Below the pieces are notes generated by a model, which saw only the letters and a program-made list of their open reading frames with translations, searched no databases and was not told where the DNA came from. Positions 33,510-42,300 of a stretch of 64,000 bases of DNA are shown here, in pieces. The position numbers were made by a program, and so were the translations under genes. The DNA lies in NCBI GenBank assembly GCA_017461505.1, contig JAFTXV010000004.1, positions 13,490-77,489 on the forward strand, given 5' to 3'. The DNA is from Paludibacteraceae bacterium. Lineage in GTDB: Bacteria; Bacteroidota; Bacteroidia; Bacteroidales; Paludibacteraceae. Numbering within the stretch: the first letter of the stretch is position 1; every line of letters starts with the position of its first letter.

Positions 33510-34229
33510 TTATTTCAAATTCTTATTTATCATTCTAAAATCACCTAATGCTTTAACTCCTATCTTGAATATGCGCTTCATATTGATTGAGTTCACGCCG
33601 CCTTGACGAGGGCGGAATGTAATAGGATACCAAGCAATCTTCTCTTTCTTCTTGACTGCAATAGCAGATACCGCTACATTTGCCAAGAAGAAATTTTCAG
33701 GAATGAGTTTCATAATCGCTTGCAGATGATCCACATTCATCAATCGGAATGGTGTGTTTGCATCTTTAACCCATACGCCAAACATTAGCCAAACTACCCA
33801 ACGCAATACTTTTGTTACAAATACACGACTTGCACCATCTTCTCGCCCTCCGCGTGTACCTATTTGGAAGTCATACTCATGGCGATGCTCCCATAGTTGC
33901 CAAAACTCTTCTGGTAATGTTTGTCCATCGCTATCTGTTTGGAAAACGAAATTTGCAGCAGCATTAATGGCATAGCGATACAGATAGAGAACTGTTGCAC
34001 CGTGTCCAGAATTGGGCTTGTCAATAGGAAGCAAATGAGGATATTGGTTACATATACTTTGCATAATTGCGAAGGTATTGTCTTTACTTCCATCGTTGGC
34101 AATAACTAATTTTGCTTCATTGCCTTCTTGGTTGATTCGTTCACAGACAGGATGCCATTGTTGAATCACCTCTTGGATGTTTGCTTCTTCATTGTAAGCT
34201 GGCATCACAATATAGAGTGTGTCTTTCAT
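33510..34229 (-). CDS. GT2 polyprenyl-phosphate glycosyltransferase (GtrB/DPM1-like catalytic domain, no C-terminal TM helices)
   Basis: 239 aa. Motifs include IVMPAYNEEANI, NDGSKDNT, TDSDGQ and the interface-helix region FRPRQGGVNSINMKRIFKIG. Confidence 0.85.
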   Translation of the reverse strand: MKDTLYIVMPAYNEEANIQEVIQQWHPVCERINQEGNEAKLVIANDGSKDNTFAIMQSICNQYPHLLPIDKPNSGHGATVLYLYRYAINAAANFVFQTDSDGQTLPEEFWQLWEHRHEYDFQIGTRGGREDGASRVFVTKVLRWVVWLMFGVWVKDANTPFRLMNVDHLQAIMKLIPENFFLANVAVSAIAVKKKEKIAWYPITFRPRQGGVNSINMKRIFKIGVKALGDFRMINKNLK

Positions 34230-34636
34230 GATTGTTTGGTTTTGAAAGTGATATATTTATTGAGTACAAATTGAATCAGCGCAACGACTACTACCGAAAT
34301 GAGTTTGCATAATAACTCATTCCATCCGCCAATAGTCACCATCACATATAACATTAACTCGCTAATTCCTAAGCCAAATAAACCTACCACATAAAAGGAG
34401 ACAAATCGTTGGGGCGTTTTATCCTTGACTTTGAAATTGAATGTGCGATTGAGCAAAAAGCTACATATAATACCGCAATGAATACTAATCACATTTGCCC
34501 AGAGATAAGGGAGAATATCAAAATGGCATAGTAAGGTATAAATACCAAAGTCCAATGTGGCACATAAACCACCTATAATTCCGTACAAGATGAGATGACG
34601 GAATTTGTCGTAGAGATGTTTGATTGTTTGTTTCAT
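34226..34636 (-). CDS. gtrA: GtrA family membrane protein (lipid-linked sugar translocation-associated)
   Basis: The ORF 34226-34885 is trimmed to MKQTIKHLYDKF (ATG at 34636). The upstream part has no GtrA-like sequence and falls within the structured leader described under findings. The remaining 136 aa have 4 TM helices and end in NKYITFK, typical of GtrA. An ATGA overlap couples it to the GT2 gene. Confidence 0.8.
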   Translation of the reverse strand: MKQTIKHLYDKFRHLILYGIIGGLCATLDFGIYTLLCHFDILPYLWANVISIHCGIICSFLLNRTFNFKVKDKTPQRFVSFYVVGLFGLGISELMLYVMVTIGGWNELLCKLISVVVVALIQFVLNKYITFKTKQS

Positions 34637-34934
34637 GTCAGCATTTTTTTTACTGACATAAAAAAAGCGTGGTGCCTCTTCTTGTTTATTCTCAATTCCG
34701 AGGTTCCTGCAAGACCCTACAAACAAAAATAAACAATCAACGCCCACGCCGAATATGAAACGCCACCAAACAGAGCAGTCCACGCGTGGACGCTCTGCGG
34801 CGAGATATACATATCCCAACGGGCGTTTATTGCCTTCTTGTTTTGGGTTTGTGAAATTTTGCAGGATTTCGGAATTCCAAAACAAGCGCTAATAAACGCT
34901 TTTAATATGTCCGCAAACTTTTGGTTTGCGGTTG

Positions 34935-34966
34935 CAAAGGTACAACAAAATTTGCGGATTTGCAAG
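34935..34966 (-). promoter_or_regulatory. Promoter of the gtrA-GT2-GT-C-glf operon
   Basis: The minus strand reads CTTGcaaatccgcaaattttgttgTAccTTTGcaacc. The -7 box is at 34942-34935. The leader to the gtrA ATG is about 290 nt. Confidence 0.75.
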
Positions 34967-34993
34967 CAAATAGCGATTTTTTTCGCTATTTGC
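34966..34993. terminator. Perfect 11-bp-stem hairpin (insulator/terminator-like) just upstream of the gtrA promoter
   Basis: The hairpin is gcaaatagcga-tttttt-tcgctatttgc. Confidence 0.6.
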
Positions 34994-35007
34994 TGGATAA
35001 TGGACGC

Positions 35008-35066
35008 TCGCATAACGAGCTATGGGACGCCGTTAGGCTATTGGACGGCGTTTCGTCTATTGGGGA
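35008..35066. repeat. 18-bp degenerate tandem repeat about 2.5 copies long (GCTATKGGACGSCGTT)
   Basis: The sequence reads gagctatgggacgccgttaggctattggacggcgtttcgtctattgggga. Confidence 0.75.
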
Positions 35067-35107
35067 TATAGGAGGCAGTACAATGTGATTCTATAGGGAA
35101 GGTTGCT

Positions 35108-35162
35108 GAATAACCTAAGAATAACCTATAAATCACCTAAGAATAACCTAAGAATAACCTAA
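35108..35162. repeat. 11-bp tandem array x5 (GAATAACCTAA)
   Basis: The units read gaataacctaa, gaataacctat, aaatcacctaa, gaataacctaa and gaataacctaa. They are followed by gatttatagg, the inverse of cctataaatc inside the array. Confidence 0.95.
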
Positions 35163-35206
35163 GATTTATAGGTGCGTTTAGTGTGACAAAACCTTGAGTT
35201 CTTGCA

Positions 35207-35258
35207 GGTAAAAAATATGAAAAATCGCCACTTATGTCCGAATACATAAATGGCGATT
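35207..35258 (-). terminator. Rho-independent terminator of the MFS transporter gene
   Basis: The hairpin is aatcgccaCTTATGTccgaatACATAAatggcgatt. On the minus strand it is followed by uuuuucauauuuuuu. Confidence 0.85.
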
Positions 35259-35287
35259 GAGTATAGGGAGAGGTAAATAATATTAAT

Positions 35288-36937
35288 TTATTTGATATTT
35301 GGAGTTTCCAAACCCAAATGACGTTTCTTATCCACCACTTTGAGAATTAAACTTATTATGAAAGCAGCTATACCTAAACATGCTAACATAACCAATGGCC
35401 AGGTATAGTCATATTGTACTGCAGCTTGTTCACTTGTGATAAGTCCAGCATTCAGTTTAGCAATCAATTCAGGATTAGTGGCATCTAGAACGCGACCTAT
35501 CAATAATGGGAAAAGCCATAAGCCGATGTTTTGAATCCAGAAAATGAGCGCATAGGCAGAACCAATAATCTTTTCATCAACTAATTTTGGTACACTTGGC
35601 CAAAGCGCTGCAGGAACTAACGAGAATGAAGAACCCAAGATAAGAATAGTAACATATGCTACAACAGTACCACCAATAGAACTACCTTTAAATTGTGGTA
35701 ACACGAAAGCAAAAGTCAAATGGCAAATTATGAGTAATAATGCACCTAACATGAGCATGCTAGCCGCTTTGCCTTTGGTATCAACATACTTACCCAACAT
35801 AGGTGTAATAGCCATCGCAAGCAATGGGAATACAGCAAAAATAGCTTCAGCAGAACCACGCATATATCCCATATAGCAATATCCTATAAGAGCAACAATT
35901 GCCATAACCATTAAAGAAACCTTAAGAATGGTCTTTTTAGAGAAATTACTCATAAATGCTCCTAAAGCAACTACAAGCATCACTAAATATTGGATAAAAA
36001 TAACCTTTTCACTCGACCATAATTCATTGGACTCAACGAAAGTGAGGTTACATTGCAGCATGTTAACAGCATACTTCTGGAATGGGAATATAGCAGAATA
36101 ATACAACACACACAACAATGCAACCAACCAAAATCCCATACTAGAGAAGATTTTACCTAAATCAGAGATCTTGAATGGATCATCCTTCTCCTCTGCTTCA
36201 CCTGTTTGTGCATCTAACTTTCGATCCATGAAGAAATACACAATGAACATCATAAGCGCAATACACAAAAGAACCACGCCAAAAGCTACAGAACGAGAAA
36301 CATCTACATAGCCACCCAATTTAGCGAAATATGGCGAGAAAATCATGCAAGTAGCAACACCTAAGCGAGCCAAAGCCATCTCAGATCCCATCGCCATAGC
36401 TGTCTCACGGCCTTTGAACCATTTAACCACACCACGGCTAACAGTAATACCAGCCATCTCAACACCACAACCAAAAATCATAAAACCTAATGCAGCCACT
36501 TTAGCAGATGCTGGCATCTCTTTGGTAAAAGGCGAAACGCCAAGCTCTTCAAACAAAGGGATATAATTGAGATGATTAGTAAACCACTCTTGGATAGCAG
36601 AACCTTCGAATGCTTCAGAAATGGCATAATATTTTATTAAACCTCCGACTAGCATTACTGCACCAGAAAGAAGCGCTGTAAAACGCACTCCCATCTTATC
36701 AAGAATGATACCCGCAAATATCAAGAAGAAGATGAACACATTAAGGAAAGTTTCAGCTCCTTGCATAGTTCCAAAGACTGTAGAACTCCACCCCTTCTCA
36801 GATAACATTAAATCCTTAATAGGAGAAAGAATATCCATGAATACATGCGAACAGAACATCGCTAATGCGAGTAACAGCAGAGCTGTCCAACGCGCAATGG
36901 CAGAGTCGCGGAGAGTAGATTGCAAAGCTTTTGTCAT
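35288..36937 (-). CDS. MFS transporter (substrate unknown)
   Basis: 549 aa with about 12-14 TM helices. It has MFS-like loop motifs. Confidence 0.8.
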   Translation of the reverse strand: MTKALQSTLRDSAIARWTALLLLALAMFCSHVFMDILSPIKDLMLSEKGWSSTVFGTMQGAETFLNVFIFFLIFAGIILDKMGVRFTALLSGAVMLVGGLIKYYAISEAFEGSAIQEWFTNHLNYIPLFEELGVSPFTKEMPASAKVAALGFMIFGCGVEMAGITVSRGVVKWFKGRETAMAMGSEMALARLGVATCMIFSPYFAKLGGYVDVSRSVAFGVVLLCIALMMFIVYFFMDRKLDAQTGEAEEKDDPFKISDLGKIFSSMGFWLVALLCVLYYSAIFPFQKYAVNMLQCNLTFVESNELWSSEKVIFIQYLVMLVVALGAFMSNFSKKTILKVSLMVMAIVALIGYCYMGYMRGSAEAIFAVFPLLAMAITPMLGKYVDTKGKAASMLMLGALLLIICHLTFAFVLPQFKGSSIGGTVVAYVTILILGSSFSLVPAALWPSVPKLVDEKIIGSAYALIFWIQNIGLWLFPLLIGRVLDATNPELIAKLNAGLITSEQAAVQYDYTWPLVMLACLGIAAFIISLILKVVDKKRHLGLETPNIK

Positions 36938-36982
36938 AGTTAATAATTAATAGTTAATAATTAATATCTTGCTTATCACTAT

Positions 36983-37105
36983 TTATAAGGCTTCGTCCTC
37001 TGGTTTTTCGATCAGAGGACGAACTTGTTTCTTTTTCTTTTTGAGCCATGCTGCTTTACGTTGTTCGTACTCAGCATAGTGGGACTCCAAATAGCCGTCA
37101 GCCAT
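36983..37105 (-). CDS. Small conserved-looking protein (40 aa), translationally coupled to ompH
   Basis: Below the ORF-track size cut-off. The sequence is MADGYLESHYAEYEQRKAAWLKKKKKQVRPLIEKPEDEAL. Its ATG overlaps the ompH stop (TAATG). The N-terminal MADxYLE...Y motif resembles short Bacteroidetes proteins I recall, but this is unverified. Confidence 0.4.
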   Translation of the reverse strand: MADGYLESHYAEYEQRKAAWLKKKKKQVRPLIEKPEDEAL

Positions 37106-37596
37106 TACTTGATGCCGAGTTCTGCCTTAACAGCAGCAGTCAAATCCAATGCATCAGGAGCAATGTAGAGCATGCCTGCTTGATCCATCACATATGTACA
37201 AGCTTGTGCAGCACCCACCTTCTTGATTGCATTGAGCAATGCTTCACGAACTGGTTGGAGGTACTCTACTTGCTTTGCTTGGAGGTCTTGTTGTACAGTT
37301 TGATAGAACATTTGCATGCGTTGCTCCATCTCAGCCAATTCTTGTTGACGGAACTCTTTTACACCCGCAGTCATGGTAGCTTGTTGTTGTTGAAACTCAG
37401 TGAGTTTTTTATTAAACTCTTCTTGCATATTTGCCAATTGAGTCTCATAAGATGATTGCAAAGAATCCAACTTAGCACCCATTTGCTTAGTCTCTGGCAT
37501 AAGAGCCATGATTTCTTGAGAATTAACGTGTCCAATCTTTTGTGCGCTTGCGAGGATAGGCAAAGCCAAAGCAAGCATAAGAATCATTTTTTTCAT
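37105..37596 (-). CDS. OmpH/Skp family periplasmic chaperone
   Basis: 163 aa with a signal peptide. It has the OmpH-type coiled sequence IGHVNSQEIMALMPE...QQELAEMEQR. Confidence 0.85.
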   Translation of the reverse strand: MKKMILMLALALPILASAQKIGHVNSQEIMALMPETKQMGAKLDSLQSSYETQLANMQEEFNKKLTEFQQQQATMTAGVKEFRQQELAEMEQRMQMFYQTVQQDLQAKQVEYLQPVREALLNAIKKVGAAQACTYVMDQAGMLYIAPDALDLTAAVKAELGIK

Positions 37597-37619
37597 TGTC
37601 TTGTATCTTTATAAAGTTA

Positions 37620-38150
37620 TTATTTAGCACCTAATTTCTCTAGTACTTGGTCAGATATATCCAATTTACTCGACATATAAATCAAACTTGGTTCCGCCGA
37701 GCGGTCTTTCACGACATCATATCGCTTTTCGTTAGCAATATCTTGAATCGCCGTATATATCTCATCTTGAATAGGTTTGAGTAGCGACTCGCGCTTTTTA
37801 TACCACTCTCCGTCTTGTCCGAAATACTTACGCTTGAGTTCAAGCACCTCTTGTTCTTTAGCAAGGATTTCCTCTTCACGGCGTTGTTTCATTTCTGCCG
37901 AAAGGAAGATTTGCTCTGTTTGGTAGTTAGTAGCAAGAATCTGCGCCTCTTGTTGGGCAGTCTCAATATCCTTTTGCCATCTACGAGAGATCATAGTGAG
38001 CTGCTCGTTAGCGGTCTCGTATTGTGGTAGATTCTTGAGGATATATTGCATATCCACATAAGCCACAGAGAATTTTTGAGCTGCTGCAGGTACTATATTA
38101 AGACAAGCAGCAATGGCAAGGAATGCTATAAAAATATATCTTTTCATCAT
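37620..38150 (-). CDS. OmpH/Skp family periplasmic chaperone (second copy)
   Basis: The ORF is trimmed to MMKRYIFIAFLAIAACL, because the upstream extension would run into bamA. The sequence VAYVDMQYILKNLPQYE is OmpH-like. Confidence 0.8.
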   Translation of the reverse strand: MMKRYIFIAFLAIAACLNIVPAAAQKFSVAYVDMQYILKNLPQYETANEQLTMISRRWQKDIETAQQEAQILATNYQTEQIFLSAEMKQRREEEILAKEQEVLELKRKYFGQDGEWYKKRESLLKPIQDEIYTAIQDIANEKRYDVVKDRSAEPSLIYMSSKLDISDQVLEKLGAK

Positions 38151-38158
38151 TTTCAAAA

Positions 38159-40801
38159 TTATAATTCTTGTCCAAGTACGAAGTGGAATTGCGAGCCACC
38201 ATATTGTTTTGAGCCATTGATAGGGTCGAATCCCCAACCCCAGTCAATACCCATAAGTCCGAACATAGGCAGGAAGAGGCGTACACCCACACCTGCAGAG
38301 CGTTTGAGTTTGAATGGGTTATAATCTTTGATATCCGCAAAACAGTTACCTGCCTCTACGAATGCGAGTGCCCAAATGGTAGCATTCTGTTCGAGTGAAA
38401 TTGGGTAGCGGAGCTCCATTGTGAACTTATTATATACATATCCCATATTTCGTCCAACCGCTGGGTCATAAGGTGTGAGTGAACCCGATTGGTAACCACG
38501 CATGGATATGTACTCCGTGGAGTAACTAGAATAGCTAGACATACCATCACCACCCATATAGAAACTCTCAAATGGCGACTTAACATTCTTGTTATAATGA
38601 CCTAAATAGCCAAACTCTGCACGCGTCATCAAAACCAGTTTAGCATCGGGAGTGAGCGGCGTAAACACTTTACCAGAGAACTTCCATTTATGGTACTCAA
38701 GCAGATTATACTTTTCGGAATTAGTCATCTGCGCAAACTGAGCATCGGTCGTCCCCTTGATGAGCGAATATGGAGGTGTGATCTTCAGTCCAAGAGTGAA
38801 TTGCGAACCACGACGAGTATATATTGGATTGTCGATACTTGAACGTGATAACTGGAGATTGAGCGCAAAGTTATGACTCGTACCGTCAGTTAGAATCATG
38901 TATGGCCAATCCTTCATCATATACATCTGATAACTCAATTCGCCGTAGAAAGAGAAGTAATCGTCTGGCCAACTGAGTCGCTTACCATATCCCAAACTCA
39001 CACCGAAAGTACGGAGGTACTTCTCTGGATCTGCTTCAGACTCTTGCAATTGTTGATAATAATCCGACTGACCAGAGTAGGAATAATAGTTATAATAGGT
39101 ATTGTAAAGATTCTGGTAAGCTTTGTAGTAGCGGTCAGAGTATCCCGTTTGTGAAGCAAAGAATACGCTTGCGCTCAATGAGTTAGGACGTTTTCCACCC
39201 AACCATGGTTCAAGGAACGAAATCGATGCAGAGGTATAATAAACACCATTAGTTCGTGCATTGATACTAAAGGTTTGTCCTTCACCTTGAGGCACAATAC
39301 GATAACTCTTTGGATTAAAGAGGTTCTGGATGGCAAAGTTGGTAAACTTAAGACCCAAAGAGCCAACTAATCCAGTAGCACCCCAACCTAGCGAGAATTC
39401 GATTTGGTCGCTAGATTTGGTTTCTAGTTGGTAAGTGATATCCACTGTACCATCTTCAGGGTTAGGTTGAATATCTGGCACTAATTTTTCTTGATCGAAG
39501 TGTCCCATTTGCGCTAACTCACGAAGCGAACGCATGATATCGGATTGGCTGTAGAGCTGACCAGGCTTAGTGTAGAGTTCGCGGCGCACTACGTGCTCGT
39601 ACACGCGCGTGTTACCTACTATATTAATCTCATTGATGGTAGCAGGCTGTCCTTCATACATACGCATCTCAAAATCAATCGAATCATTGTTGATACGCAC
39701 TTCCACAGGATCCACATTGAAGAAGAGATAACCTTGGTCTGTATATAATTTAGAGACAGCATCATCGTCCTCGTTGAGACGTTTGTTGAGCTCTTTGAGG
39801 TTGTATGTTTCGCCCTTCTTAATACCTAAGACTGCATTCAAATACTCATATGGATATACGGTGTTTCCCACCCAAGTGATATCACCGAACACATACTTAT
39901 TTCCTTCATCTATAGTAAGATAAACATCCACACGAGTAGAGTCAATAGGAGATTGTACAACACTGTCGGCTATAATCATAGCATCGCGATAGCCTATCTC
40001 GTTGTACTTCTCAATGACTGCTTTTTTGTCATTTTCAAACTCGGCAGCCACAAACTTTTTCGGTCTGAAGAGATTGACAATATTGTTGTCATTGGTTTTC
40101 TTCATGGCACGATTGATTTGCGTTGCAGTTAGAGCCTCGTTGCCCGTAACAAAAATCTGTCCCACACGTGTTTTTTCTTGCTTATTAACATTCACAGCCA
40201 CCTTGACATATCCAGGGTGAGCCAAGTCATCAAATTGCAATACTTGCACTTGGGTGTGGTAAAATCCTTTTTCCTCTAAGTATTTGGTAATGATTTTCTT
40301 CGCACGATCAGCAAGGTCTGGTGTCATCTGTCCACCTTTCTGAATTCCTACCTTCACTTCGATATCCTCTTGCTCGGTTTTGCGCAAGCCATTGTAAACA
40401 ATGTCAGACACACGTGGACGTTGCTTCAAGGCAATCTCCAGCCAGATTTTATCTCCGTCTATCTTTGTAGCTTTGAACTTCACATCTGAGAACAAACCTT
40501 GTTTCCAGAATCGTTTGAGCGACTTGGTAATCTGGTCGCCCGGTATCTCAATCTTATCTCCTACCGCCAAACCAGAAAAACCGATCAATACAAAATCTTC
40601 ATAACTATCTGCTCCTGTGACAGATATTTCTGCTATTTCGTACGTTTTTCGCTGCATGGTGTACTCTATGACCGGCACTTGTGCTTGAAGTGCCAACGAG
40701 TCATCCTTAGCAGCAGACAATGAGTCCACTTGTGCCATCATTGGGATGGCAAACACAAGGATTGATATTATATTAATTAACTTGTTCACTAGTTTTTCCA
40801 A
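38159..40801 (-). CDS. bamA: Outer membrane protein assembly factor BamA (Omp85/YaeT)
   Basis: 880 aa with five POTRA-like repeats and a C-terminal Omp85 barrel ending in FHFVLGQEL. The surrounding gene order is uppS-bamA-ompH. Confidence 0.95.
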   Translation of the reverse strand: MEKLVNKLINIISILVFAIPMMAQVDSLSAAKDDSLALQAQVPVIEYTMQRKTYEIAEISVTGADSYEDFVLIGFSGLAVGDKIEIPGDQITKSLKRFWKQGLFSDVKFKATKIDGDKIWLEIALKQRPRVSDIVYNGLRKTEQEDIEVKVGIQKGGQMTPDLADRAKKIITKYLEEKGFYHTQVQVLQFDDLAHPGYVKVAVNVNKQEKTRVGQIFVTGNEALTATQINRAMKKTNDNNIVNLFRPKKFVAAEFENDKKAVIEKYNEIGYRDAMIIADSVVQSPIDSTRVDVYLTIDEGNKYVFGDITWVGNTVYPYEYLNAVLGIKKGETYNLKELNKRLNEDDDAVSKLYTDQGYLFFNVDPVEVRINNDSIDFEMRMYEGQPATINEINIVGNTRVYEHVVRRELYTKPGQLYSQSDIMRSLRELAQMGHFDQEKLVPDIQPNPEDGTVDITYQLETKSSDQIEFSLGWGATGLVGSLGLKFTNFAIQNLFNPKSYRIVPQGEGQTFSINARTNGVYYTSASISFLEPWLGGKRPNSLSASVFFASQTGYSDRYYKAYQNLYNTYYNYYSYSGQSDYYQQLQESEADPEKYLRTFGVSLGYGKRLSWPDDYFSFYGELSYQMYMMKDWPYMILTDGTSHNFALNLQLSRSSIDNPIYTRRGSQFTLGLKITPPYSLIKGTTDAQFAQMTNSEKYNLLEYHKWKFSGKVFTPLTPDAKLVLMTRAEFGYLGHYNKNVKSPFESFYMGGDGMSSYSSYSTEYISMRGYQSGSLTPYDPAVGRNMGYVYNKFTMELRYPISLEQNATIWALAFVEAGNCFADIKDYNPFKLKRSAGVGVRLFLPMFGLMGIDWGWGFDPINGSKQYGGSQFHFVLGQEL

Positions 40802-41513
40802 ATCTTCGTTCGCGATGTTGATAATCCACTATCGCACGGTAAAACTCTTCGTTAGTAAATTCTGGCCACAAGCAGTCGGTGAAATACAACTCGGCATATG
40901 CCAATTGCCACAATAGGAAATTGCTAATGCGCAATTCACCACTAGTACGAATAAGCAAATCGGGGTCTGGGATTGCTGCCGTAGTGAGATGAGCAGAGAT
41001 AGACTCTTCGTTGATATCCTCCACAAGCATTTTTCCCTCTTTCACAGCCTCTGCGATGAGTTGGGTAGAGCGAATCAACTCCCAACGTGCACTATAACTG
41101 AGTGCTATAACAAGTGTCAAACCCGTATTTTGACTTGTTTGATCAATACAAGTAACGAACTTTTCATATGTAGTTTGAGGCAAGCGGCTAATATCTCCAA
41201 TCGTTTGGAGACGAACATTATTCTTCATCAATGTCGGCGTCTCTTTGGCGATTGTATCTACCAACAATGCCATCAGCGCATCTACTTCTTCTTTTGGGCG
41301 ATTCCAATTTTCAGTAGAGAAAGTATATAAAGTCAAATATTCAATACCCAAAGCCGCTGCAGCCTCGGTGATAGAATGTACCGTTTCCACACCCTTACGG
41401 TGACCAAACATACGGGCTAGCCCTTGACGTTTCGCCCAACGTCCATTACCATCCATGATAATAGCCACATGGCGTGGGATTCGATCTTGCTGTATTTGCT
41501 CTTTGTATGTCAT
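40773..41513 (-). CDS. uppS: Di-trans,poly-cis-undecaprenyl-diphosphate synthase
   Basis: 246 aa. Motifs include [26 protein letters not shown] and [15 protein letters not shown]. Confidence 0.95.
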   Translation of the reverse strand: MTYKEQIQQDRIPRHVAIIMDGNGRWAKRQGLARMFGHRKGVETVHSITEAAAALGIEYLTLYTFSTENWNRPKEEVDALMALLVDTIAKETPTLMKNNVRLQTIGDISRLPQTTYEKFVTCIDQTSQNTGLTLVIALSYSARWELIRSTQLIAEAVKEGKMLVEDINEESISAHLTTAAIPDPDLLIRTSGELRISNFLLWQLAYAELYFTDCLWPEFTNEEFYRAIVDYQHRERRFGKTSEQVN

Positions 41514-41525
41514 GCTTGGTTTTGC

Positions 41526-42293
41526 TTAATAATTACAAAATGGACAAACCTTATGGTCTGATGCAAATTCAAATACAACGCCAAGCGTGAAAGTTGAAGT
41601 CACATCATTGTTCATTATGTTTGAACCGTTTATTCCGTAGGCGTTATTTAACAAATCTGGACGTGATTGATCAACCACTCCTTCAAGTCCATCTCCATGT
41701 AATACATATATATTATGCTGCCAAGCCAATTGCAATTGCCAACGATCCGCAAACTTCCACTTTAAACCGACACCTACAGGAAGGTACATAGCATAATCAA
41801 TACAACTAGCCACATTTGTTTCTAACTTAGGATACGAAAGCTTATCATCGGCATATATATTATATGCAGTAAAACCCAATCCTAGAAAGATAAATGGTGT
41901 AATAGGACGCATATGGATGTTATACGGATCAATGCCAAAACGAAAAAAATTATATTCACCCGTTACATCAAAATGCCACATAGGAGTAGTATATTTACCC
42001 ACAGCTATTCCCCAGTCATTATCCGCCTTGATGGTACTAACCACCCTTTGGCGTTGCCCTTTCACTTGAAGTGCCCAACGTTGATCAATCTTGCATCGTA
42101 TCTGCGCACCATATACCTCCGAAGCATTCATAAAAGCATGTGGCGCCAACTCCCCCATATAATATCCAACGCCAGCCTGCACACCAAGCTCCAAACGATA
42201 CATCTTTGACTCACATAAAGCAATGGTAGGCACACATAGCACCCACATTAGGCCGATACTACGTATTATATTGGAGTGCAAGAACTTAATCAC
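41526..42293 (-). CDS. Outer membrane beta-barrel protein (DUF6089-like, tentative)
   Basis: 255 aa with a signal peptide and alternating beta-strand pattern. It begins RLELGVQAGVGYYMG and is a paralogue of the next gene. Confidence 0.6.
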   Translation of the reverse strand: MIKFLHSNIIRSIGLMWVLCVPTIALCESKMYRLELGVQAGVGYYMGELAPHAFMNASEVYGAQIRCKIDQRWALQVKGQRQRVVSTIKADNDWGIAVGKYTTPMWHFDVTGEYNFFRFGIDPYNIHMRPITPFIFLGLGFTAYNIYADDKLSYPKLETNVASCIDYAMYLPVGVGLKWKFADRWQLQLAWQHNIYVLHGDGLEGVVDQSRPDLLNNAYGINGSNIMNNDVTSTFTLGVVFEFASDHKVCPFCNY

Positions 42294-42300
42294 TAGTAGA

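Noticed and set aside
34717-35013. 98-aa minus-strand ORF upstream of gtrA
   Set aside because: It spans the hairpin at 34966-34993 and the gtrA promoter itself, so most of it lies upstream of the predicted transcription start. Only a short leader peptide (MYISPQ...) could in principle be translated. I treated it as part of the structured leader.
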